64,000 bases of DNA from NCBI GenBank assembly GCA_040902195.1, contig JBBDXS010000011.1, positions 86,398-150,397 on the forward strand, in the 5' to 3' direction. The DNA is from Dehalococcoidia bacterium. Lineage in GTDB: Bacteria > Chloroflexota > Dehalococcoidia > DSTF01 > RBG-16-68-14. Shown piece after piece: positions 47,886 through 58,979 of this stretch (its first letter is position 1; each line of letters starts with the position of its first letter). The notes beneath the pieces were generated by a model. It was not told the DNA's origin. It saw only the letters and a list, made by a program, of their open reading frames with translations, and did no database searches. The translations under genes and the position numbers were made by a program.

Positions 47886-48797
47886 ATGGACGACCGCATC
47901 GGCCACTTCCTGCATTTTCTATCCGCAGAGAAGGGAGCTTCAGAAAACACCATCGCTGCCTACCGCAACGATCTCTCACAGTTCAACACCTTCCTTGGCA
48001 CCATTCATCTCAACGGCACACCAACTGACTGGCGTCTCGTCTCGAAAGACACGATCGTCCGCTACATCATCGAGCTGAAAGACAAGCGCTATGCAGAAGC
48101 ATCGGTCGCGCGAAAAGTTGCGGCCGTGAAATCGTTCTTTCAGTACTTGCAAGCGGAAGGGTCGATCCCGGCAAACCCAACGGAAAGTTTGGAGTCGCCA
48201 CGCGTCGGCAAGACGTTGCCCAAGCCGCTCAGCGTACAACAGGTTGACGAGCTGCTGGAGCAGCCGGCGAAGCGCCACACGCCGGAAGCATCGCGGGACC
48301 GCGCGATGTTGGAGCTCCTTTACGCGACGGGTCTCCGCGTCACGGAGCTCGTCTCACTCGATCTCGATAGCATCTCGCTCGACCCGCGTAGCCCCAGCGC
48401 GCGTTGCTTAGGCAAAGGCGCGAAGGAGCGCTCCGTACCGATCCACGAGCAAGCCATGCAGGCCCTGATTTCGTATCTAAATGACGGCCGCCAAAGGCTG
48501 GTCAAGCACAAGAAGGAGCGGGCGCTCTTCGTCAACCGCAGAGGCGAGCGGCTCACGCGTCAGGGCTTCTGGCTGATCCTCAAGCAGTACGCGCAACAAG
48601 CCGGCATCGAGGGGTCGGTGACGCCGCACTCGTTGCGACACAGCTTTGCCACGCACATGCTGAGGGGAGGAGCTCCTCTGCGCAGCGTGCAAGAGCTGCT
48701 CGGCCATGCAAACATCTCCACCACCCAGGTCTACACGCAGATCACGGACGAGCACGTCCGCCGCGTCTACGAATCGGCGCATCCGCGCGCGCATTAG
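47886..48797 (+). CDS. xerD: Tyrosine site-specific recombinase XerC/XerD family
   Basis: ATG 47886. SENTIAAYRNDL, LLYATGLRVTELVSL, HSLRHSFATHML, LLGHANISTTQVYT. Confidence 0.9.
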   Translation: MDDRIGHFLHFLSAEKGASENTIAAYRNDLSQFNTFLGTIHLNGTPTDWRLVSKDTIVRYIIELKDKRYAEASVARKVAAVKSFFQYLQAEGSIPANPTESLESPRVGKTLPKPLSVQQVDELLEQPAKRHTPEASRDRAMLELLYATGLRVTELVSLDLDSISLDPRSPSARCLGKGAKERSVPIHEQAMQALISYLNDGRQRLVKHKKERALFVNRRGERLTRQGFWLILKQYAQQAGIEGSVTPHSLRHSFATHMLRGGAPLRSVQELLGHANISTTQVYTQITDEHVRRVYESAHPRAH

Positions 48798-48819
48798 CCG
48801 CGGCTCACGAATCGTAAGC

Positions 48820-48850
48820 GACCGCCCCGGCCACGCCGGGGCGGTCTTGC
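48820..48850 (+). terminator. Hairpin terminator candidate after xerD
   Basis: gaccgccccgg-ccac-gccggggcggtc followed by ttgcgt. The U-tract is weak. Confidence 0.4.
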
Positions 48851-48960
48851 GTCCGCCTCGATCGCTTATTCGGGCGACAGATCCGCCCGCGGCAAGTATG
48901 ATGTGCCGGCGCCGGATCGGCTTAGGATCGCGACGCTAGCATGCGATAGGAGGGCTCTCG

Positions 48961-49326
48961 ATGGCGAAGCAGGTCTACACCAACGATCTCCCATACCCGT
49001 TCTCGGCCGCGGTGCGTACCGGGAACCTGCTGTTCGTCTCGGGCCAGGTCGGTGTCCGCGACGGACGGACCGGGGACGGTATCGAAGAACAGACGCGGTT
49101 CACGATGGAGAACATTCGCGATGTCCTGGCAAAAGCCGGCGCGATGCTCGATCACGTTGTGAAGGCGACAGTGTTCTTGACCGACATGTCGCTCTGGCCC
49201 GCCATGAACGAGGTCTATCGCGAGTACTTCCCGAACGACCCACCGGCCCGTTCAGCGCTCGGCGTGAACGGCCTGGCACTCCCTGACCTCCTTGTCGAAA
49301 TCGAGTGTGTAGCTGAGGTTACCTGA
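48961..49326 (+). CDS. RidA/YjgF/UK114 family protein
   Basis: GNLLFVSGQ, VVKATVFLTDM, PARSALGV, EIECVA. Confidence 0.9.
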   Translation: MAKQVYTNDLPYPFSAAVRTGNLLFVSGQVGVRDGRTGDGIEEQTRFTMENIRDVLAKAGAMLDHVVKATVFLTDMSLWPAMNEVYREYFPNDPPARSALGVNGLALPDLLVEIECVAEVT

Positions 49327-49386
49327 GCAGCCTTGCTCGCCAGAGGCTAGCGGCCAGCGGCCAGCGGCCAGTAAGATGCCCTCGCC

Positions 49387-49874
49387 ATGATGATCGCCGT
49401 GATCGGCTCCGGCGCGGGCATCCTCGCCTTGCCGCAAGTCCTCGCCGATGCCGAGGCCGTCGGACGCGAGATCGGACGCCGCGGCCACACGCTGGTCTGC
49501 GGAGGCCGCGGCGGCGTGATGGAGGCGGCCTGTCGCGGCGCGCGCGAGGCCGGTGGTCACACGATCGGCGTGCTGCCCGGCCCGGACCGCTCCGAAGCCA
49601 ACCCCTACGTCGAGTTCCCTATCGTCACCAACCTCGGCTCGGCTCGAAACCTCATCATCGTCCAGACCGCAGACGCCGTCATCGCGGTAGGTCACGGCGG
49701 GTACGGCACGCTCTCTGAGATCGCGATGGCGCTCGTCCACCACAAGCCGGTCGTCGGGTTGGGGACGTGGCGCCTGAGCGACGACGCGGGTCTCCAGGAC
49801 CAGAGCATCGTGCGCGCCCAGGACCCCGCCGGCGCGGTCGAGGCCGCCATCGCGGCCGCAGAGCGGGTGCGGGC

Positions 49875-49878
<4 letters not shown>
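49387..49878 (+). CDS. TIGR00725-type LOG/SLOG-fold protein
   Basis: IAVIGSG...LVCGGRGGVMEAACRGA...GHTIGVLP...AVIAVGHGGYGTLSEIA. Confidence 0.8.
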
Positions 49879-51673
<1,795 letters not shown>

Positions 51674-51725
51674 TCGTTGGTTGCTGGTAGCTGGTACCAT
51701 CCGGAAGCAGAAAGGGGCGGCCTCG

Positions 51726-53267
51726 ATGATTAGTAGACGGATCGTCTTGTGGCTCCTCGCGGTCGCGTTCGCCGCGGTGGGCGTGGTGGCGGGGGCTCGC
51801 ATTGATACGACAGGAGCCAATCCCATGTCGGGCGTGGCGTCTCTATCAGCAGGCGAACACAGTGCATGCATTCTTACCACTGCGGGAGGTGCCAAGTGCT
51901 GGGGTGCGAACTACTACGGGGAGGTTGGCGACGGCACAGACACCTTGAGAAAGACCCCGGTGGACGTTGTCGGACTAACCAGCGGTGTCGCTTCCGTCAG
52001 CGTCGGATGGGATCACGCATGCGCCGTAACGGACGACGGCGTTGTGAAGTGTTGGGGAAAAAACGGAGCGGGCCAACTTGGCGCGGCGACGTCAGAGGAG
52101 TGCGTCGGCTTTCCAGGCTTGTTGCCGTGCAGCCATGTGCCCGTTGATGTCCAAGGAATCAGCCCGAATTCGGCGGTTGAAGTCAGCGCAGGCCGCCTGC
52201 ATAGTTGCGCGGTCATGACGGATGGCGGAGTCAAATGCTGGGGACATGGCTATTTCGGTGAGCTTGGTGATGGAGTAGTACCGCCGCCGAGCGGGCGGAT
52301 TGATGCAGTCGACGTTTCTGGCCTTGATGCACGCGCTGTTCACGTAGATGTGGGTTCGTACCATCACTCGTGTGCCCTTTTGGAGGATGGCACGGTGGCT
52401 TGCTGGGGTGATAACGCGGGCGGGCAAACAGGACCGAGCTCGGGTGCAAGTTGCGCTCCGAAGTACGAGGGCTGCAACATTGTCCCGATTACCGTTCCTC
52501 TACCGCAGCCCGCTACCGCCGTGACGTTGGGCTCATTTTTCACGTGCGCTCTCCTCACCTCTGGCGATGTCTCGTGTTGGGGGAACAACTATGTTGGCGA
52601 GCTTGGAGACGGACAGGCATGCGGAACATGGACCTGCGGTCCTGTCTTCGTGAAGAACCTCCACGGGAATGCACTGGCTATCGCATCAGGATCCGGCCAT
52701 GCCTGCGCGATCCTCGCAGAAGGCCTGAAGTGCTGGGGAGACAATAGCTACGGCCAGATTGGTGACGGGAACTTTACTTGGAATAAGAACCCGTACATTT
52801 TGCCCGTTTCGGTGATACTTCCACCAAGCGGTGTCGAAGAGATTGAAGGCGGGTGGGCGTTTACGTGCGTTAGGACAGAAGACGGCGCTGGCTGGTGTTG
52901 GGGACAGAATTCAACGTACCAGCTGGCAGCGGAGACAAGCGAGGAATGCCTGTATGGCCACCGATGCTCCACTACCCCCATCCAAGCGCTCAGCGAGGTG
53001 AAGCCAACGCCGACACCATCCCCGACGATCACGCCGTCACCCACACCGACGCGCACTCCGCGCCCATATCTTCTCGGCGATCCGACGTGTGATGGCGCGA
53101 TCAACAGCGTCGATGCTGCTGTAGTCCTGCAATTCGCGGGCGGGCTGGCGAACGCCATCGTCTGTCCACTCAACGCGGACGTCAACGGCGACTCCATCGT
53201 GAACGCCGTCGACGCGGCGCTCATCCTGCAGGTCACCGCTGGGCTGCTGGACAGATTGGCGCTCTAG
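51726..53267 (+). CDS. Secreted RCC1-repeat (beta-propeller) protein with Pro/Thr linker and C-terminal dockerin-like module
   Basis: ATG 51726 and a signal peptide. Repeated CWGxNxxGQLGDG-type blades, a linker KPTPTPSPTITPSPTPTRTP, then CDGAINSVDAAVVLQ...[18 protein letters not shown]. Confidence 0.85.
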   Translation: MISRRIVLWLLAVAFAAVGVVAGARIDTTGANPMSGVASLSAGEHSACILTTAGGAKCWGANYYGEVGDGTDTLRKTPVDVVGLTSGVASVSVGWDHACAVTDDGVVKCWGKNGAGQLGAATSEECVGFPGLLPCSHVPVDVQGISPNSAVEVSAGRLHSCAVMTDGGVKCWGHGYFGELGDGVVPPPSGRIDAVDVSGLDARAVHVDVGSYHHSCALLEDGTVACWGDNAGGQTGPSSGASCAPKYEGCNIVPITVPLPQPATAVTLGSFFTCALLTSGDVSCWGNNYVGELGDGQACGTWTCGPVFVKNLHGNALAIASGSGHACAILAEGLKCWGDNSYGQIGDGNFTWNKNPYILPVSVILPPSGVEEIEGGWAFTCVRTEDGAGWCWGQNSTYQLAAETSEECLYGHRCSTTPIQALSEVKPTPTPSPTITPSPTPTRTPRPYLLGDPTCDGAINSVDAAVVLQFAGGLANAIVCPLNADVNGDSIVNAVDAALILQVTAGLLDRLAL

Positions 53268-53270
53268 CCT

Positions 53271-54386
53271 ATGAAGATCGCGTTGCGGTTTCTTCTCCTC
53301 CTTTTCGTGATGGCCATGTTCCTCGGGGCGGGGGCGTCGCCGCCGGGGCGTGATGCGCTCGCGGCTGTTCCTGGCGGCAATGGCAAGATCGCATTTGTCA
53401 GCGACCGGGACGGAAATCAGGAGATCTACGTGATGAACGCGGACAGCAGCGGCCAGGCTAATCTCACTAACCATCCGGAGGCCGACTTCGAGCCCGCCTG
53501 GTCTCCGGATGGATCACGTATCGCATTCGTTAGTGACAGAGACGGCAACGAAGAGATCTACGTGATGGATGCGAGTTCCGGCGCGGTTCAGCGGCTCACG
53601 GATAGCCCAGCAAGAGATCGATGGCCGTCCTGGTCGCCGGACGGCTTGTGGATCGTATTGTCGAGCAATCCATCCGGCGATCCTACTTCCTCCTTCAGTG
53701 ATCTGTTCGTTGTGGCCGCCGACGGCAGTTCGAAAACGCGGCTCACCCATGAAGACGGGACGCTGCGCTTCCCGGACTGGTCGCCCGATGGGTCGCGCAT
53801 TGTATTCACGGGTCTTCTTTTCTCTGACCTTCTCATTGTCAACTCAGACGGCTCCGGCATGCACTTCCTCTCCAGGAAGCACTACGGCGACATGTCCCCA
53901 GATTGGTCCCCAAACGGGACAAGCATTGTCTACTCCGGCTTCTTCTATCAGCAGGACTTCGAGATCTATGCTGTCGATGCCGACGGCAGCAACTCCCGGC
54001 CCATTACGGATAACAATGTCTTGGACGACCATCCCTCGTGGTCGCCGGACGGTTCGAAAATTGCATTCTGCCGGAAAGCTGCGTACTCCGACCCCGGGGA
54101 AATCTATGTCATGCGCTCCGACGGAACAGAAGTGGTGCGACTGACCCAGTTCCCCGGTGACGACTGCGACCCGGACTGGCAGCCCATCGTCGTGGGGAAT
54201 GCGAACTGTCAGGGCGGCATCGATGCCATCGACGCGGCGCTGGTACTGCAGTACGGCGCGGGGCTGATCGCTACGCTGCCGTGCCCCGAGTATGCCGACG
54301 TGAACGGCGACGGACGCATCGACGCCCTGGATGCCGCGCTGATCCTCCAGTTCGCCGCGGGCCTGCTCGATAGCCTGCCGGCGTAG
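53271..54386 (+). CDS. Secreted TolB-like PD40 beta-propeller protein with C-terminal dockerin-like module (1 of 5)
   Basis: Signal peptide. Repeats of the form [30 protein letters not shown]-terminus: [16 protein letters not shown]...[28 protein letters not shown]. Confidence 0.88.
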   Translation: MKIALRFLLLLFVMAMFLGAGASPPGRDALAAVPGGNGKIAFVSDRDGNQEIYVMNADSSGQANLTNHPEADFEPAWSPDGSRIAFVSDRDGNEEIYVMDASSGAVQRLTDSPARDRWPSWSPDGLWIVLSSNPSGDPTSSFSDLFVVAADGSSKTRLTHEDGTLRFPDWSPDGSRIVFTGLLFSDLLIVNSDGSGMHFLSRKHYGDMSPDWSPNGTSIVYSGFFYQQDFEIYAVDADGSNSRPITDNNVLDDHPSWSPDGSKIAFCRKAAYSDPGEIYVMRSDGTEVVRLTQFPGDDCDPDWQPIVVGNANCQGGIDAIDAALVLQYGAGLIATLPCPEYADVNGDGRIDALDAALILQFAAGLLDSLPA

Positions 54387-54450
54387 CGTCGGCTTGGGCG
54401 TGGTCTGCTAGAATAGGCCGTTCGCGTGTGCCGATAGCGGGAGAACGTTC

Positions 54451-55545
54451 ATGATGATGCGCTTCGTCCCCCGGACAGCACTGCTCCTTACAATCGCCGT
54501 GGCGCTGGCGGCCGCGCTGGCGGGAAGCGACGCGCGGGCACAGGAGGGCGGCGGCATTATCGTGCCGCCTCCGCCGCCCGCAGGCGATATCGTCTTCGCG
54601 AGCAACCGCTTCGGCAACTACGAGATCTTCACGATGACCGTCACCGGCTCGGGCCAGGCGCGGCGGACGACGGCGGCCGGCGACGATACGCTGCCCGTCT
54701 GGTCGCCGGACGGCACGAAGATCGCGTTCGTGAGCAACCGCGACGGCAACGACGAGATCTACGTCATGAACGCCAACGGCACGAGCCAGACGAACGTCTC
54801 GAACAACATTGCCGACGACTCGTACCCGAGCTGGTCGCCGGACGGCACAAAGATCGCGTTCTCGACGAACCGCGACGGTGACTTCCAGATCTACGTGATG
54901 GACGCGAACGGGGGCGCGGCCGGCAACCTTAGCAACGGCCCGAACGATGACTACGCGCCATCGTGGTCTCCGAACGGACAGAAGATCGCGTTCTTTCGCA
55001 ACGACGCGATCTGGACGATGAACGCAAACGGCGGCAGTCAGACGGAGCTGGAGTCGTTCCCGAGCACCGTCATCTCCCGCCCCGTCTGGAAGCCGGATGG
55101 CAGCCGCATCGCGACTACTCGGTACGGCGATGCCAATGTGTGGGCGATCGATGCGGACGGCTCGAACCTCAAGTCGCTGTTCGCCGGCGTCTTCCCCGCC
55201 TGGTCGCCTACAGGCAACCGCATGGTCTTTGTCCGCGACGGCGAGATCCGGACAGCAGACGAGGACGGCGGGGATCAGATCCAGCTCACCAGCAACGACG
55301 ACAACGACCTCTATCCTCACTGGAAGGGCATCACCGGCAACGGCGGCCTTGTCGGTGACGTCGACTGCGACGGCTCCGTGGACGCGATCGACGCGGCACT
55401 TGTGCTCCAGCTCGGGGTGGGCTTCGTAGATTCACTGCCGTGCCTGGAGAGCGCAGACGTGAACGAGGACGGGAGTATCGACGCTGTAGACGCCGCGCTG
55501 ATTCTCCAGTACGCAGCGGGCCTGCTCGATAGCCTGCCGCCGTAG
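54451..55545 (+). CDS. Secreted PD40 propeller + dockerin-like module (2 of 5)
   Basis: [29 protein letters not shown] repeats. C-terminus: [18 protein letters not shown]...[18 protein letters not shown]. Confidence 0.88.
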   Translation: MMMRFVPRTALLLTIAVALAAALAGSDARAQEGGGIIVPPPPPAGDIVFASNRFGNYEIFTMTVTGSGQARRTTAAGDDTLPVWSPDGTKIAFVSNRDGNDEIYVMNANGTSQTNVSNNIADDSYPSWSPDGTKIAFSTNRDGDFQIYVMDANGGAAGNLSNGPNDDYAPSWSPNGQKIAFFRNDAIWTMNANGGSQTELESFPSTVISRPVWKPDGSRIATTRYGDANVWAIDADGSNLKSLFAGVFPAWSPTGNRMVFVRDGEIRTADEDGGDQIQLTSNDDNDLYPHWKGITGNGGLVGDVDCDGSVDAIDAALVLQLGVGFVDSLPCLESADVNEDGSIDAVDAALILQYAAGLLDSLPP

Positions 55546-55566
55546 CGAGCCGCTACAGTAGGCGTC

Positions 55567-56658
55567 GTGGACAGGCGCGCCGTTTTGTGGCTGCTCGCGC
55601 TCGCGTTCGCGGCGGTCGGTTTGTTCGCGGACGGGTCGCCGCGCGCACAGCCCGTCGAGGCGGCGTTTCCCGGTGCGAACGGCCGGATCGTGTTCATGCG
55701 CTGGATGCCGCCGTTCGACATCTTCACGATGAGCGCGGAAGGCACGCGCGCCGTCAACCTCACCAACCACCCCGCGAACGAATCGACGCCGGCGTTCTCG
55801 CCGGACGGCTCGCGCATCGCGTTCATGAGCGATCGCGGCGCGAACCTTGATGTCTACGTGATGAACGCGGACGGCAGCGGCCTCTTGCGGCTGACCGACC
55901 ATCCCTCGCACGACTACCAGCCTGCGTGGTCCTCCGACGGGACGCGCATCGCCTTCGTCGCCGGCCGCCACGGCGCGCCGGAGATCTATGTGATGAATGC
56001 GGACGGCTCCGACGAGACGCGGCTGACCACGAACGGCGCGAATGAAATCCATCCCACTTGGTCTTCGGCCGGGATCGCGTTTCAGTCGGACCGCGACGGC
56101 CAGGACGAGATCTACGTGATGAGCGCGGACGGCTCGGGCCAGGTGAACCTCACTGGCCACCCGGCGACGGACAGCCATCCTGCGTGGTCGCCCGACGGCT
56201 CGAGGCTCTTGTTCATTAGCGACCGGGACAGCAACTCGGACGTGTACGTGATGAACGCCGACGGCAGTGCGCCCGCCAACCTCACCAACGACCCGTCCAG
56301 CGACGAGACTGCCGAGTGGTCGCCGGGCGGCGCACACATCGTGTTTACGAGCGACCGCGACGGCGACCGCGAGGTCTTCGTCATGGACGCATCGGGAGCC
56401 ACCGTCGTGCAGCTCACGCACAACGACATCGATGAATGCTGCCCGGACTGGCAGCCTGTCGTCAAAGGCAATGCGAACTGTCAGGGCGGCATCGATGCGA
56501 TCGACGCGGCGCTTGTGTTGCAGTTCGGCGCAAGCCTAATCGGTCCGCTGCCTTGCCCCGAGTATGCCGACGTGAACGGCGACGGACGGGTCGACGCCCT
56601 GGATGCCGCGCTGATCCTCCAGTTCGCCGCCGGCCTGCTCGATAGCCTGCCGCCGTAG
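55567..56658 (+). CDS. Secreted PD40 propeller + dockerin-like module (3 of 5)
   Basis: GTG start. [29 protein letters not shown] repeats. The dockerin DNA is about 90% identical to that of gene 1. Confidence 0.88.
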   Translation: MDRRAVLWLLALAFAAVGLFADGSPRAQPVEAAFPGANGRIVFMRWMPPFDIFTMSAEGTRAVNLTNHPANESTPAFSPDGSRIAFMSDRGANLDVYVMNADGSGLLRLTDHPSHDYQPAWSSDGTRIAFVAGRHGAPEIYVMNADGSDETRLTTNGANEIHPTWSSAGIAFQSDRDGQDEIYVMSADGSGQVNLTGHPATDSHPAWSPDGSRLLFISDRDSNSDVYVMNADGSAPANLTNDPSSDETAEWSPGGAHIVFTSDRDGDREVFVMDASGATVVQLTHNDIDECCPDWQPVVKGNANCQGGIDAIDAALVLQFGASLIGPLPCPEYADVNGDGRVDALDAALILQFAAGLLDSLPP

Positions 56659-56734
56659 CAGCGCTTGACCTCCAGTCGCGCCGCGGCGTACCGTTCCGCT
56701 AACGAAGCGCTCCTCTGGCGAACGGGAGAAGCAC

Positions 56735-57823
56735 ATGCCCCGCATCGGCCTCGCCCTCGGTTTCATCGCGACGCTGTTCTGCGTGACGTTTGTAAGCGGG
56801 CCCGCGCGCGTCTCGGCCGGCGGCCCGACACCGCCGCTCGATGGCGCTATCGTCTTCGTGAGCGACCGCGACGGCGACTTCGAGCTGTATCTCACAGGCC
56901 GCTTCCTCGATGGCGACGTACAGCTCACTCACAACGCGACGAACGACGACGACCCCGACTGGTCGCCGGACGGGACGAAGATCGCGTTCATGCGCGCGTC
57001 CAACATCTGGGTGATGAACGCAGACGGCACGGGGGAAGTGCAGCTCACCTCCATGGGCCGCGACTCGCAGCCGGCCTGGTCACCCAATGGGCTGCGGATT
57101 GCGTTCATGCGCGAGCTGGCCGGCGGCAACCGCGAGGTCCTCGTGATGTTCGACGATGGCAGCGGCGTCATCAACCTGTCGAACAGCCCCGGCAATGACT
57201 TCTCGCCCGATTGGTCGCCGGACGGCATGAAGATAGTCTTCGATACGAGTCGCGACGGAAACCGCGAGATCTACACGATGTTCGCCAACGGCTCCGGCCA
57301 GACCAATATCACGGACAATCCCGGTAACGACGCGGACGCGAGCTGGGCGCTCGCCGGCTTTCGCATCGCCTTCGCCAGCGATAGGACGGGCAACACCGAG
57401 CTCTATTCAATGGAGACAGACGGCGGTGATGTACGCCAGCTTACGGACGACTCCGCCTTCGACGGCGAGCCTTCGTTTGCTCCGAGCGGTATCGGCATCG
57501 TGTTCCGCAGCAACCGCGACGGCAACGAAGAGATCTACGGCCTTTCGCCCGTCGGGCCGTACCGCATCACGGATAACCCCGCGTTCGAGCGCGCGCCGGA
57601 CGTGCAACCGGTCTCGAACGCCGGCCCGGGCGACACGAGCTGCGATAAGCGCGTTGACGCGATCGATGCGTCGATCGTCCTGCAGTACGACGCAAACCTG
57701 ATCGAGGGCACGTACTGCATCGTGAACGGCCACATGAACGATGACAGCTTCATCAACAGCATCGACGCCGTGATCATGCTTCAGTTCGTGGCCGGACTGA
57801 TCGATCACATCCCCGTCTCATAG
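56735..57823 (+). CDS. Secreted PD40 propeller + divergent dockerin-like module (4 of 5)
   Basis: [14 protein letters not shown] repeats. C-terminus: [18 protein letters not shown]...[17 protein letters not shown]. Confidence 0.85.
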   Translation: MPRIGLALGFIATLFCVTFVSGPARVSAGGPTPPLDGAIVFVSDRDGDFELYLTGRFLDGDVQLTHNATNDDDPDWSPDGTKIAFMRASNIWVMNADGTGEVQLTSMGRDSQPAWSPNGLRIAFMRELAGGNREVLVMFDDGSGVINLSNSPGNDFSPDWSPDGMKIVFDTSRDGNREIYTMFANGSGQTNITDNPGNDADASWALAGFRIAFASDRTGNTELYSMETDGGDVRQLTDDSAFDGEPSFAPSGIGIVFRSNRDGNEEIYGLSPVGPYRITDNPAFERAPDVQPVSNAGPGDTSCDKRVDAIDASIVLQYDANLIEGTYCIVNGHMNDDSFINSIDAVIMLQFVAGLIDHIPVS

Positions 57824-57851
57824 GGAGAGCGAGTGGGCCGATACTAGACCT

Positions 57852-58940
57852 ATGCGCCGCCTCGTATTCGCAATCGCCATCTCAACGCTCGTTGCGCCGC
57901 TGCTGCTCGGCGGCCACTCGAGCGCGCGAGCGGGCGCGCCCGCCGCGATCGCCTTCGCCAGCGACCGCGACGACGACTTCTACGAAATCTACTCGATGGC
58001 CGCCGACGGCAGTAACGTCACGCGCCTGACGAACAACCCGGCCTTCGATGAGCACCCCGCGTGGTCGCCGGACGGCAAGCAGATCATCTTCGATAGCGAC
58101 CGGGGCGGCCAGCGGCAGGTCTGGCTCATGGACGCGGACGGCGGCAACGCACGCCGCGTCAGCGCGGAGGGCGCCTTCGGCTCGTACCCGGCGTGGTCGC
58201 CCGACGGCGAAAGGATCGCCTACCTGGGGGGCAACGACGTGGACGAGAACATCGATGTGTACGTGATGGACCTCGACGGCTCGAACGTCGAGCGGCTCAC
58301 CGACGATCCGGCCTGGGACGGCGCGCCGGCGTGGGCGCCGAACAACGAGCTGATCGCTTTCGTGAGCGAGCGCGACGGCAACCGCGAGATCTACGTGATG
58401 AACGCCGACGGCAGCAACGAGACGAATATCACGCACTTCCCAGGCAACGACAGCGAGCCGGACTGGATCCCCAACGCGGGAGAGATCGCCTACCGGCGCG
58501 ACGGCGATATCGCGGTCGCGTGGTCGGACGGGACCAATCTGGTTAACGTTACGAGCAACACGGACATGTCGGTATCGAGCCCAGGGTGGTCGCCCGGTGG
58601 CGCCGCGATCGCGTTCGTCGGGGCCACGGAGGGCCAGTCCGACATCTACACCGTGCAGTACTTTGGAACTCACACCATCGAGCGCCTGACCGACGATCCG
58701 GCGAACGATCTCGATCCGGACTGGCGGTCGGGGCCGTCGGCGGGGCCGGGCGACGTGAGCTGCGATGGCGTCGTGAACGCCGTCGACGCGGCGCTTGTGC
58801 TGCAGCTCACGTCGGGCCTGATCGACTTCACCGCCTGCGCGTACAAAATGGACGTCAACGGCGACGGCCGCGTCGATTCCGTCGATGCGGCGCTCATCCT
58901 GCAGTTCAGCGTCGGCCTGATCGATACGCTGCCGCCGTAG
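57852..58940 (+). CDS. Secreted PD40 propeller + dockerin-like module (5 of 5)
   Basis: [29 protein letters not shown] repeats. C-terminus: [18 protein letters not shown]...[18 protein letters not shown]. Confidence 0.88.
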   Translation: MRRLVFAIAISTLVAPLLLGGHSSARAGAPAAIAFASDRDDDFYEIYSMAADGSNVTRLTNNPAFDEHPAWSPDGKQIIFDSDRGGQRQVWLMDADGGNARRVSAEGAFGSYPAWSPDGERIAYLGGNDVDENIDVYVMDLDGSNVERLTDDPAWDGAPAWAPNNELIAFVSERDGNREIYVMNADGSNETNITHFPGNDSEPDWIPNAGEIAYRRDGDIAVAWSDGTNLVNVTSNTDMSVSSPGWSPGGAAIAFVGATEGQSDIYTVQYFGTHTIERLTDDPANDLDPDWRSGPSAGPGDVSCDGVVNAVDAALVLQLTSGLIDFTACAYKMDVNGDGRVDSVDAALILQFSVGLIDTLPP

Positions 58941-58979
58941 GCTTGCCGCGCTGTCCACAGCCGCCTCATACTGGCGGGC

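Noticed and set aside
47886-48797. Tyrosine recombinase as marker of an integrated mobile element
   Set aside because: The sequence has full XerC/D-type motifs and a housekeeping context. No flanking direct repeats, tRNA, or phage or conjugation genes were seen.
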